DNA of 64,000 nt from Eledone cirrhosa (lineage: Eukaryota): assembly GCA_964016885.1 (NCBI GenBank), contig OZ024741.1, positions 194,618,001 to 194,682,000 on the forward strand, read 5' to 3'. The position numbers and the translations under genes were made by a program. The stretch's first letter is position 1. Each line of letters opens with the position of its first letter. The notes under the pieces were generated by a model that saw only the letters and a program-made list of their open reading frames with translations, did not search any database and was not told where the DNA came from. This document shows, piece by piece, positions 1-12,300 of this stretch.

Positions 1-99
1 GCACTCAGCATTAAACCTATCAAGTGCAAGTTAAAAATCACCTTCTCTCTGAGTCCTGTGTGCCTGGTGGCCTGGATCTCTGGAAAGGCACCTAAGCAA

Positions 100-500
100 T
101 TGGGAGTGATAATCCCAATTTTCAAAAAGGAAGGCAAGAGAAATTCTCCAATTATAGAGGGATCTCCTTGGCAAAGTCTATGCTAAGTGTCTGGCAAAGA
201 GATGTAGGGAGATTGTCAAGTCTAAGCTAGATGTTGAACAGTGTGATTTTTACCCTAGATACAGCACAGCCAACCAAATATTCACACTATGGTAGGTCTG
301 TGAGAAATAGTGGGAGTACAAGAGGTGTATTCTTGCTTTGTAAACCTCGAAAAGGCATATAACGCATTTCATGGGACCTGCTGTGAAAGGTTCTGCAGGC
401 GTATGGAATCGATGGTCTGCTTCTTGTTGCCCTGATGTTTCTATTTGAATGCCTGAGTATTTGTGTTTGGATAAATGGTGTTAAACTGAAAACATTTGAG
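100..500 (+). mobile_element. Decayed RTE-type LINE RT fragment
   Basis: Broken-frame translation gives IPIFKK, NYRGISL, STANQIFTL, CFVNLEKAY and LQAYGIDG motifs; boundaries approximate. Confidence 0.65.
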
Positions 501-1348
501 GGTGCATACTGTCAGTGAAATGTCGATAAAGCAAATTGGTTACCTGTGCCTTAGACAAGTAGCATTTCAGAGCATCAATTAATTACAATTAAATTTCCTA
601 TAGAAGATCAGGTATCTGTTCACAATAGAATATCTGGTACCTGGTAATAGGTCTGGTCTCTATGTCCAATACATATATAGAATAAAGCATCCTACCCAGA
701 TACACAACACTATGTGGATTTGTTTATCTGGTAGCCCTATGTTTTATCTGCTAAACACATTATGTACAAAACATTTTCTATACTTGACATACTAAGTATT
801 TTCTCTAATCCTTCTCCTCCAAAATTGTAACTTATTGGACCTCATTTCCTGTGGGTAGAAAATTCTGAAAAAATAATAAGTGATTGATCCTTGAGATGGG
901 GGGGGGGGGGGGGTTCTTCGAGACCCATGAGTAGGTGAAACATTCAGAAAAATCTAGAGAAAAATGAAACCATAATAATGTTTTACAATATTTCAGGGTT
1001 TTTCTCAGTGATCTGAAGCATGTGGTATCTATGAAGGCCCTAGATAAAAGCAGTGATACTGAAAACTTTGGCCAGAAACTTCAACACGTCTTCAAACTAA
1101 TCCTTATTGATTTGTTTTTATTTACAACTAATACTACTATCGATTTTCATATTTATGTGTAGACACACATTGTAAGTATGCATATATGCATGTTCTTACA
1201 TACATATAATTATTTTATATCACTATATTTACTCTTTCAGATTTTAATTTTTTAACTGATTTTGGAATAAAAGTTTAGCGCATTCATTGAAAATAAAGGT
1301 GTTTTTTTTAATGAAACTTATTTTGTTTTGTTGTTTTTTGTGGAGATG

Positions 1349-2170
1349 GCATATCAGCATCCTCGTGAACTGCTACAAAGGCAAAGGAAATATCATTGGA
1401 AGAAATTATAGAGACATCAAGTTGATGAACCAGGATATTAAAGTTGCTGTAAAAATCATAGCACAACTGATGAGGGATAGAAATAACCTGGATTAGGTGT
1501 GGTCTTCTTTTTAGCTGCTGGAAAAGCACTTAGCTGAGAGTAAGCCTCACATTTGTTGAGCTGAGGATACCTTGCTCTGTAATCTGGTGGCCTCTTCGAA
1601 AACTAGAGGCAGGCGAATGGCTTGTGAGGGCGACACTGGCTATGTACTAAGGTGTTGTCAGCAAAGTTAAAGTTAGCATGCAGGTGAGGGTCCTCTGAGG
1701 TTCAGTCCTCAGTCCCTTCTGTTTATTATAGACCTCCAGGCCATAATGCAGGAGTTTAAGACTGGCTGCCCATGGAAACTCATATATGCTGATGTTTTGA
1801 CATAGATGCAAAACCTGGGCTCAAGAGGCCTCAGAGTGAACTTAGCAAAGGCTGAAGTCTTAATAAGTAGGAATGAAGACAAAACATTGATTTTATCATG
1901 AAAATGGCTGTGCTCAATGTGCAGAAAAGGAGTTGTTAGGAATTCCGTACTGTGTAAACTATGGGTAAACTAGAGATGTAGTAGGCTAATGAAAAATGTA
2001 GACTTTGTATGCAGCAGATGCATGAGAGCAGTAAGCAGCAAGAGTCCACATCGATCAGGCTCAGATGGCTCCCTAGAAGTAGTCAACAGCTTCTGCTACA
2101 AATAAACGGTGGAGTTAGATATTCCAGAAAAATACAGAAGGTAGAGCAAGAACTGGTTGGAAAAGTTTAG
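1349..2170 (+). mobile_element. Decayed RTE LINE fragment
   Basis: NCYKGKG..RNYRDIKLM and GCPWKLIYAD motifs match the better-preserved copy at 2722-5040. Confidence 0.8.
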
Positions 2171-5100
2171 GTACTGGAAGGGAGAACCACCAACGCTGAA
2201 GAATAGCGTGGGCTGTTATCAGCATACCCTGAACACTTGTCATGCCACAGGCAGTGAGGTCACAGATGTCTGCGGGGAAACCTTGCCAGAATGGAGACGA
2301 ATTACGGGGTTCTCCACGATTGTCAACTTAAAGTCAGCATATCTACAGCTTCACATAGATGAGAAGCTGTGGAAGTATCAGCTTGTCAGGTATAAGGTCC
2401 AGACATACTGCCTGACCAGGCTTGGCTTCGGGTTGAACTCTGCACCAAAGATCATGTAGACAGTCATCAAGGTCATTCTGGGAAAAGCAGACAAGGTGCA
2501 GAGGGCCACCAACTCATCTTGGTGGACGAGACGGTGGTGTCAGCAGCAGAGGTCTCAAGCCACTTGAGAAGGTTCGGGCTGACCGCAAAACCACCAGAAG
2601 CGATGGAAGGAGGAACTGCACTAGGACTCAAGCTGCAAAGAGACAAGATGGGCATTCTGATGTTTCGGAGGGGAAACAAATTCCCGGAACTGGACCCCAA
2701 CATGAATAGATGGGAACTCTTATCATCATCATCATCGTTTAACGTCCATCTTCCACGCTTGCATGGGTTTGGACGGGAGTTTTCCCACTTGAGGCAAGAT
2801 TGGTTGTCCTGCTCGTATAGGACTGTCTAGCGGGTTTTCTACGGCTGGATGCCCTTCCTAACACCAACCTCGTTTACAGTGTGGACTGGGAGGTTTTTAC
2901 CGTGTTACCTACACGGCCACATTACAGCGTGGACTGTGGTTTTTTTGTTGACACCTACACAACCTCATTTGTTTCGAACTGGATGTTGTGGTACCAACAT
3001 AACTTCACATTGAAGGGGGTGGGATGGGGGTGTATTTTTGTTAGAGGTGCCTACTGACTAGGTTTCACAAGGCGGGTCTTCTGTATTACTGTGTAGCGCC
3101 AAAGATCTCGGTCCAGTGACATTGTCTTGGAGAGGTGTGAGGTCGGAATTTATGAAGTCGTTCCAGGTTTTTCTGGCTCTGCCTACTCCGTGGCTACCGT
3201 CTATTTTTATCGCCCTGCACTTTTTTATACAGCTTCATGCAGTCTTTATACAGTCTTTCATGTGCATCACGTGACCGTATCAACGTAGTCTTCTCTCGAG
3301 TAAACAACATCTGATCCCTCTTATTCCTAATTTCTCACTTAGTTCGTTTATGCTTTGCCGTTCACGTTTATTACTATTACACATCCAGCGGAGCATGCAA
3401 GCTTCGTTCCTCTCCAGTCTGCGTATATCCTCTGCACACAATGCCCAGGTCTCACTGCCATGTAACATTGCTGTTCGTATGCAGGCATCATACAGCCTGC
3501 CTTTCATTTTTAGAGAGAACCCTTTAGCGGCCAATAGTGGTATAAGCTCTCTCAACTTTTTCCATCCCGTTCTGACTCTAGCTACTGTACTTTCAGAGCA
3601 CCCTTCCCCACTGCTGATTTTGTCACCCAGGTAACGGAAGGTGTCCACTATTTCTATAGAACCATCTGGGCAATGGAATGAGCTAGTATTCTGTGGGCAC
3701 TTGCTGCTACTTATTGCACCAGAACACCGGCCACATATAAAATCTATATTCTTAGTTAGCTTACCTGTGATCCCACTATATCTTTTATGCACCCATACTT
3801 TGCATTTGGGACATAAAATGGAGTTTCTGCCTACTCCTTTCCTACACACTGAGCATGGCCATTTCCCAGATGGGACCGGTGCCCTATTTTCCTTCCTACA
3901 AACTAGAACGTTAGTCTTAGACAAGTTAACTTTAAGGCCTTTTGATTCTAAGCCATGCTTCCATGTTTGGAATTTCTTCTCTAGTTCAGCCATTGATTCA
4001 GCTATGAGCGTTAGATCATCTGCGTATAGGAGTTCCCATGGGCAGCCGGTCTTGAACACCTCTGTTATAGCCTGAAGGGCAATAATAAATAGTAGGGGGC
4101 TAAGAATGGAGCCCAGATGAACACCAACTTTTACACTAAACTCTTCACTATATTCGTTGTTAATTCTAACCTTGCTGACTGTTTCTTTATACATGGCTTG
4201 TATAGCTCTCACAAGCCATTCATCAACACCTAGTTTTCTAAGAACCCACCAGATAATGGAGCGGGAGACTCTGTCAAAGGCTTTCTGCGAGTCAACAAAA
4301 GCTAAGTATAGGGGTTTACTTTTAGCTAGGTACTTTTACCTGACACAAACCCGAACTGCATTTCATCTAGATCAATTCGCTCTCTGATTAGTTGCGCTAT
4401 TACTTTTTCTGTGACCTTCATGACCTGGTCGTTTAATTTAATTCCTCTATAGTTACCCCTATCTAGGGCATCTCCTTTACCCTTGTAGCAGTTAATGATG
4501 ATGCTGCTACGCCAGTCCTTCGGAACGACCCCATTCTGTATGACTTGGTTTACTATCTGGGTGACCATAGTGTGTCCCACCATTCCAGATGCTTTCAGCA
4601 TTTCAGCAACTATTTTCGAAGGCCCAGCCGCCTTACCCGTCTTCATATCTTTGATTGCCTTACTTATTATACTACCTCCAACTAACACTGCTGGTCCCTC
4701 AATTGGATCGATGTCTGGGAGACTCTTTCTCCCATTTATTCTCCTCATTTAGTAGCCTTTCGTAGTGACACTTCCAAGCTACCTTCTTATCAGCATCAGT
4801 GATGGCAAGTACACCATCATCATTAAGGACACACTTCTCCCCGACAATATTACGGTTTTCCTTGACACATTGCCTAGCAATCCTGAACACCTCACGTTTT
4901 TGGTCCTCGCATTGTAGAACATGCTTGAACTTTCTTTCCTCTGCTTCCCTTCTTGCGAAGTACACTTGTCTCCTAGCTTCCCTCCTGGCCACTTGATAGT
5001 CTTCTCTACTTCCCCCATCCCGCCATACTTTCCAAGCCTGCTCTTCTCAATGTGTGGTAAATTGGTGGGCCACTATCCGATCGCAGGGTGGTTCTGGATG

Positions 5101-6770
5101 ACATGCAGCTATGTCAAGAGATGAGCAGACGGAGTGAGCTGGGGTGACAGGGTTGGAGAGAGGACAGTAGCCATGATGCAGGAGATCGTGGGGAGGGTAA
5201 AGGTGGATGACCCAGTGAGAGAATGCTGATCCATCCCCAAATCGGAGAGCGGGACCGTATAGTGATGCCAGCAGCATAGCATTCGAGCTCGAGGATGCAG
5301 CCTAGCTTAGGAAGGAGGTGGCTGAATTGGACGCTGTGCTGAGAGGAGTGAATCTCACCCTGAGATGGGGGCTGTGCCCTATAGAGATTTGCACTGACTC
5401 GGCCACCGTACTCGGATGGGTGAGATCTGAGAAGAGGGAAGCAGAAATGTTGATAAAGCGCCGCCTAGGAACTCTGGGAGAGCAGTCCACTGAGTTCGAC
5501 CTGAAGTTAAGTGTGGGTTTTGTACCCCCAGAGAAAAATAGGGCAGACCTATTAACCAGGATGAAGAAAGCCTGGTTGGAAGCACCAGAGGACGCAGAAA
5601 AGGGGATAGCGGCTAAGTGACTCGGAGTTGAGGGATTGCATGCCATGCACCACATGGGAGTGAATAGGACCCTGTTCCTAGCCAGAAGAATCGAGTCCGA
5701 TGTTAGCAGACAGAGTGTTCAGAGAGTAGTCGAAGGTTGCGACATGCCAGTCTATCACCCTGCCCTTGATGTGCATGAGTCGGACAGCATTCCGGTGGAG
5801 CACAACTGGAAACGATTGGTAGTGGATGTGACACACTACCGACTAAGGACGTATGTCTCAATGGTCGATTGTTGACCGGGACGGATGGAGGGAAAGGACG
5901 ACGGGGATCGCGGAGGAAATTGCATGGACGCTGAGAGGTATTCTTGGAGTGGGCCCCTGTGGATGAAATGCCGATGGACAACAGCACGGCATTTCGTTTG
6001 GAGGTGCTGAGGGAAATGCCTGGCAGGTGAACCGCTTCTTCAGAGCAGTATACAGGCCAAGTGAAAATGGGATCGGGGAGAAACACCATCGCACGATCAA
6101 GGCCATGGCGGAAAGGGGGCACATTTCACCAATGGAGGTGGTATTCTGGTACAATATGTCTCCTCGGGTGGGACAGGCCGAGGGGTCGGTTCCACACAGA
6201 GCAATATACAGATACGAATGGCGGCACCACATTAGTCGGTGGAGAGAGAGAGCGCATTCGTACGAGTGGGCGAAGAGGTCTGGTTCAAGCCCCCGAACGT
6301 GTGTTGCACATCTCAATGTGAGCGGTAACGGCCGTAAATTCCCAAAACAACGTGTCTATGGACGGAATGCCACGGCACGTCTTGGATCCGTAGAGTCGTT
6401 GTTGTGACGGACTCCGAGGAAGAGGAAAAAGAAAGCGCCACCCCAACAGTGCGGAGTTTGCAACGGAACCGCCGACCACCTAGGTGGATGGCGGATTTTG
6501 ATGTGGAGCAACGTAGGATTGATCCTTGAGATAGGGGGGGGGGCCGAAAGTTTGGGGACGCCTGATCGGAAGCACGAGAACGAGTGTTCATGGGCTTCTC
6601 TCCGGCGCAGTTGGCGTGGCGTGTAGACGTGTTGTGTGTACGCAGACTGAGTTGGATGTACCGCACGTGGACGGTGGAACGACTCAGCCCAAAGTGATTC
6701 GAAGATGCAAGGTAAGTCCGAATGCCTCTGGCTACAGTTTTTATTACTAAAATTTATTGACTTCAATGTC
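2171..6770 (+). mobile_element. Gypsy-like LTR retrotransposon remnant (RT, RNase H, integrase, PPT, 3' LTR-like region) interrupted by an RTE insertion
   Basis: IVNLKSAYLQL and LGFGLNSAPKIM (RT); AELDAV..TDSA..NRAD (RNase H); HHMG..C and YRPSENGIGE (integrase); G-run PPT near 6534-6543. Confidence 0.9.
2722..5040 (-). mobile_element. 5'-truncated RTE-clade LINE with (GAT)n tail, nested in Gypsy
   Basis: ORFs 4992-4699, 4748-4326 and 4212-3280 carry GKAAGP, NYRGIKL, LYADDL and YLGD motifs; (ATC)n tail at 2722; CTCTT repeated at 2717-2721 and 5041-5045. Confidence 0.93.
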
Positions 6771-7185
6771 GATAGTTTTTATTTTCTCTAACGATATTAT
6801 TTTGTTTGTTGTTATTGTAATTTACACCCAGTCACCCCTGATCGAGCAACCTAGTCCTAACCCCCCCCCCCCCGCGATATAGGGGTAAGAACCTCTCAGG
6901 AAATCTTGACAGAACTTCAGAGACGAAACCCCCATTAAGCGAGTGTTTCAACCCTTAACTTCCGATTCTCCGATGTGCCCTGCCTTTTTAAGGCCATGCG
7001 AACTGGTTTGAAGGAGATTTGACTATTATTTCTACCATATTATATGACTAAGCAGCAGCTCACTTGTTGGCTTAATTTCCGTTATTTTTTTTTGCTGAAA
7101 ATGTCATTTTTACTGGATACGTTGTGGTTATTATTGGTGTCGTAATATTAGTCAACATCACTATGTTTATTGTTGTGTATTGCCG

Positions 7186-7198
7186 GTTGCTCGGTAAC
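7186..7198 (+). promoter_or_regulatory. RFX X-box-like motif
   Basis: GTTGCTCGGTAAC fits the X-box palindrome pattern and ends 18 nt before the ATG at 7217. Confidence 0.55.
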
Positions 7199-7216
7199 CA
7201 ATTAATTACTTGAAAA

Positions 7217-7510
7217 ATGGCCGACGAAGGTGAGTTGAACCAATCTCAGTCTTCCTGTCGTGAGGCAGAATCGCACTTCGACCTACAACTCGAAGTTGAT
7301 GATCACAAAACACAGCTCATTAATAGAACAGAAGATAGCGATGGTGGAGGCGGACAATTGATCGAATCTGCTGGTAGTTCAATACAGATAACTAACAATG
7401 ATATCGATGCTGGATCAACTCAAACTTCCAAATCCGTCCCCACAACAGAAAACCCGTTTGAGAAAGCCAACAGATATTTATATAATCATAATTTGTTCTG
7501 TTTTTTCCAG
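7217..7510 (+). CDS. TEX55: TEX55-like protein, exon 1 (98 codons)
   Basis: AAAATGG start, acidic low-complexity N-terminus, then NPFEKANRYLYNHNLFCFFQ; donor CAG|GTAAGA in phase 0. Orthology is from recalled similarity only. Confidence 0.75.
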
Positions 7511-7559
7511 GTAAGATAATCTTTCTCTCTGTCCCTCACACACACATTCTCTCTTTATC

Positions 7560-8130
7560 GTGGCACCAGTACTATCACTTTACAAAGTGGGTTGGATGCA
7601 CCAACATTACCATTTTACAGTGTACTAGGTTTATATGTTATCGTGGCACCAACATTACCATTTTACAGTGTACTAGGTTTATTTTTTTGTGGCACCAGCA
7701 CTACCACTTTATAGAGTGTACTAGGTTTATTTTTTGTGGCACCAGCACTACCACTTTATAGATTGTACTAGGTTTATTTTTTGTGGCACCAGCATTACCA
7801 CTTTATAGAGTGTACTAGGTTTATTTTTTGTGGCACCAGCACTACCACTTTATAGATTGTACTAGGTTTATTTTTTGTGGCACCAGCACTACCACTTTAT
7901 AGAGTGTACTAGGTTTATTTTTTGTGGCACCAGCACTACCACTTTATAGAGTGTACTAGGTTTATTTTTTGTGGCACTAGCACTGCTACTTTACAGGGCA
8001 TACTGTTTTTGTTTTTTTGTGGTACCAGCACTGTCACTTTACACAGTGTAATGGATGTATTTTATTGTGGCATCAGCACTACCACTTTACAGAGTGTACT
8101 GGGTGTATTTTATTGTATACCAGCATATCA
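7560..8130. repeat. ~47-bp minisatellite in the TEX55-like intron
   Basis: Unit TGTGGCACCAGCACTACCACTTTATAGAGTGTACTAGGTTTATTTTT, about 12 copies. Confidence 0.9.
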
Positions 8131-8382
8131 CTGTTTTGCAAGGTAAGCCTTTATGCTACAGATACATCTCATCCAATAGTTTCTGTTTACCCAATTTCAC
8201 ACACAGGTTTCCCTATGGTAAAAGAAATAGTTAACGAGGGGCTGCAAAGTAGGATCAAAACTAGACCCTGGTGATTATTACAAAGTAAAATTGGCTACAG
8301 ACACACACACTGCATGTTACATTCATGATTTTTTAATAAATACATGCCTATCTCAAGCTTTCTTTACCTTTGTATCCTTCAG

Positions 8383-8472
8383 GAGTTGGTGATGAATGTG
8401 GCACACAAACAACCTTCAGACTCCATCAGTTTTATGGTGAGTGAAATTGAGAAGTATCGAGATCAGCTTTGA
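8383..8472 (+). CDS. TEX55: TEX55-like protein, exon 2 (completes RIIa/Dpy-30-like docking domain)
   Basis: Pyrimidine tract plus TTCAG acceptor; ELVMNVAHKQPSDSISFMVSEIEKYRDQL* in phase 0; product 127 aa. Confidence 0.75.
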   Translation, partial: ELVMNVAHKQPSDSISFMVSEIEKYRDQL

Positions 8473-8669
8473 GAAAGAAATACTCATAAAAGTAGTCAAT
8501 CACTGGATCCAATTAATCTACAGTTAGATGTTATATACTACATGGTTGGAGGTTGTCTCCTTCATAATTAAATATAATATACACTAAGGTGGGATGTAGT
8601 GTACACCAGGATTATATAGCAGAGTTGAATGTAGTATACAAAAAATATTTCAAATCCAAACTACAAGTT

Positions 8670-9420
8670 TTCCTCTTCAAGTTTAACGCACTTTCCAATC
8701 CTCCTAGGCCATGCTTCCATGCACTCCTGTAAGGATCTTCTGCAGCTCCGTCATCACAGCCCTCTTGATGGCTTCCATATTTAGAAAATGTGTTGTACTC
8801 AAATATCTATGGATCATCACTGGTGATGACGCTCCCCAACAAGTCTTGTTTGGATTCAAGATGATCGAGGATGGTATGTCCTGACATACCTGCATGTACT
8901 ACTGGTCATCGTTCAGCAGCTGTGGCACCATCTTTTCGCAGATATGCATGCCCAAATTTTCGGTGATAATCTTCCAAACGCTGTTGTGGTTCATGCCCAG
9001 CTCACTGTCGATCAGTCGAGCAGTCAGCCAACAATCATCATGCACCACATGCCTCACACACTCAACTTTGGCCTCTGTCCTGTTTTTTGAAGGCCTTCCA
9101 CTCCTGGGGTTGTCTGCCACTCAAAAACTCATCTCCATACACTTGCTGCAGTATTCCATGTGCTTCTGACACAGTTTTCCTCAGCCAGACCAGAAACTTC
9201 AGGTTAGTTCTTTGCTCTGTGCCCATCGCTCAACAGCCTAAAATTGAGGAGCTGTTAACAAAAGCACATGAGAAAACATACAATGGCTGCAGAAAGCTGA
9301 GATCACAGTTACATACTCCCTGGATATTACATCACATGGTGATGCAACCTGTTAATTCCTACCCCACTCATAGCTCACACAGCACACTAAGTCCTGTTTC
9401 TTTTCTAACACACCTTGTAC
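8670..9420 (-). mobile_element. Internally deleted mariner/Tc1 element
   Basis: DNPRSGRPS..LTARLIDSELGMNHNSVWKIITENLGM..KMVPQLL (mariner HTH region); related copy at 35900-36360. Confidence 0.85.
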
Positions 9421-9571
9421 TTTAATTTCTCACTATGTAGTGTATTCCAATGTAATGGCTTAAAGTGTTTGTTGTGATGTACTCCAGTGTAGTCTCCTCT
9501 CTTATTTAAGTATGATGCTCTGGAGTTACAGTGTTCTTTATGTACTTTAGTTTGTATTATGCATTGCATGC

Positions 9572-9780
9572 AGGTTGGCAGTATTGGTAGATCATCGGAT
9601 GACATGCTTTGTGACATATGTTACAGCCTTTACATTCTGAGTTCAAATCCCGAGGTTAGTTTTGCCTTTCACCCTTACAGGGTTGATAAAATAAAGCACT
9701 AGTAATGCCCTAGGATCAATTGAATTGACTTTCCCCTCCTCCAAAATTGTTGGCCTTGTGCCTGAATCAGAAACAATATT
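9572..9780 (+). mobile_element. tRNA-derived SINE (recurrent family)
   Basis: A-box-like TGGCAGTATTGG and B-box GAGTTCAAATCC; relatives near 15460(-), 20720(-), 21670-21870, 28500(-), 36850 and 44870. Confidence 0.75.
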
Positions 9781-11159
9781 ATATGTACTTTTGTGGTCGA
9801 TTGTATGTACTCAAATGTTTACTATATTTTTATGCCAGTGTTGAATTGTACTTATTAGTACTCTACCATAACTTTAACTAACCCCCTCCATGATGTCCCA
9901 TGTATCACACTGATGAATAAAATAATGTTCTCATACATCTAACATGTGTTCTACATATCAAGCTTTTTTTTTCTTTTCTCTCTCTTTTCTGATATGGGTT
10001 AGAACAAAGCTACAAAAACCTTATATGATAGAAATTACTAGATGAAGACTTAGTCATCATTTCTTAAACTAAACCCAACACATTGACTTCATCTTCCTTA
10101 TCTCTGCTGTAATCATGATCCAAATCTCTAAATTAGATGAATTATACTCACACTGCTACAATAATAATAATAATAATGAAATTATTGTGTACAGTGCTCA
10201 GGTGCACTACAACTCATCAAAGGTGCATGTATAGTACATAGAATAATGTACAAATGTCAGGAAAATAAACAGTGTATGAGTCATGATATAATAACAATAA
10301 CAATAATGAAATATTGTGCACATAACCTGAAAGTTATTCAATTAATAAATATGAGATTGGTAAATAGCAAAGAAAGAAAGTAGAAATAAATTATTTTTAT
10401 TAACGTTTGTCATTACATGAGATCCAATGTTTATATATAAGTGAAAACATCTCATCCCAGATAACTGAGCCTGTAGAAATGAAAGTTCATATCTCAATTT
10501 GAATTCAGAATCATTGAGTATTACATGATAAGGTATTTAGTCTACCCCTCTGGATCCTTGGATCTGAAGCCACCCTTGATTCTGTAATAAAATACTGTTT
10601 GTTTTAAAGTGTATATTTAACATTTCCATTATAATATTATGTAAGAACCTTTTCTTAAATAATGTCCCAAATACCATAAGGAGTTATTAAGGTTTACTAA
10701 ATCCCTCCAAATTCTTCATTATTTTCAAATTTAACTGAAACACGTGCCTTTCATTAGAAATATGCTAACAAAAGTGTTAATCTGGGACCCAGGTATTTAG
10801 TGTGACCTTCTAGACCTCTGGTATTTCGTCTAGCTTTAAGTCTGTTACCTTCACACAGAAAAAATGAGTCAATAAGGGTTGCTTCACTTGCTAGAAATAG
10901 AAGCCAAATCTCATCCTTTTGATTTAAAAAAAGGAAAGATACTTTAGATAATGTAGTCCTAGATACATAAGATGAAATGTTCACTGGAATGTCTTTGATC
11001 ATGTCTACTGGATCAAAGTTGACTTGTGAGATAAACAACAATTACCACCATGTTTTCAATAACGTAATTCTCATTACAACTCCTATCAGATGTTCTGTGA
11101 GTGCTGTTAATACTAATTTCAATCTTTCAAGATGTTTGGGTTTTTTAAAATCTCACAAA

Positions 11160-11480
11160 CAACAGTCCCAAATTCCCAAACCTATTATTTTTTAAATGAT
11201 TCAGCAACACCAATCCCAGATTCCCAAACCTAGTTTTGCTTAAATGATTTCCCATACAACAATCCCAAATTTTCAAACCTCGTTTGGATGATTTCACAAC
11301 CCCATTTCTAGATTCCCAAACCCCTTGTTGTTTAAATGATTTAAAAAACAACAATTGTAGATCCCCAAGCCTTGTTTGGATGATTTCACAACCATTTCTA
11401 GATTCCCAACCCCTTGTTATTTAAATGATTTCACAAACAACAATCCCATATTCCCAAATCCCTTCTTGTTGTTTGGATAA
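11160..11480. repeat. Degenerate ~50-bp tandem repeat
   Basis: Recurring AAATGATT..ACAACAATCCCAGATTCCCAAACC units. Confidence 0.7.
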
Positions 11481-12300
11481 TTTGAGAAATAATGAAAATA
11501 TTTGATATAAATACAACCCTTGCCAGCAAGGAAAATGGTGTTAAATAATCATGATTATGTTTTTAAAGGAAATGATAATGATTTTCAACATTAGTATAGA
11601 CCACTTATTTTGGGAAAAAGTGTAGTTGCTTCAGTCAACACCCAGTACTTGATTGGTTCTTATTTTATCAATTCCTAGGAGGAAAGTGGAGTCAACATTC
11701 AAATCTCACCTAGTTATTTCAACTCAGAACATAAAGGGATGTAAGGGCAAATATATTTACCATATTCTTGGGTCAAACTAAAGTTTGTGACAGAAATTGT
11801 GTGGAAACTCGTTCGATGGATGGTACCTGTAATTCAAAGGTCCAGCATTGTCTCTGTGTCACTGGTTCTGTCTGTGAATTACATTAAAATGTACATGTAC
11901 CTTTGGAATACTCAACCACTTACACATTAAATCATAAGTTAGATAATCAATTGATCAAAAAATAGGATCAGGGTCGCCATCGAAATTGATGGAAGACCCA
12001 TTTTCATAGTAATAATATTTGTCATCATTGTCACCGTTTTATATCCATTTTTTTTATGCTGGCATAGGTTGGACTAGTCATCAACAGAGTAATCTGACCA
12101 ACTGTGGTGTTGAATATGTCTTACAGTGTTGACTGAATGTGTTTCATTGTGCCACTTACACTAGAGATGTGATCCCATGCAAGGAGGTTAATGAGTCCAC
12201 TCTACATTGTGTCATTTCTTATATAGAGTTACTGCCCTCGAAGATAGATAGCTTACTATGTCCACATTTCACTCACTTTGTTTAACCCTGGGAACAATTA

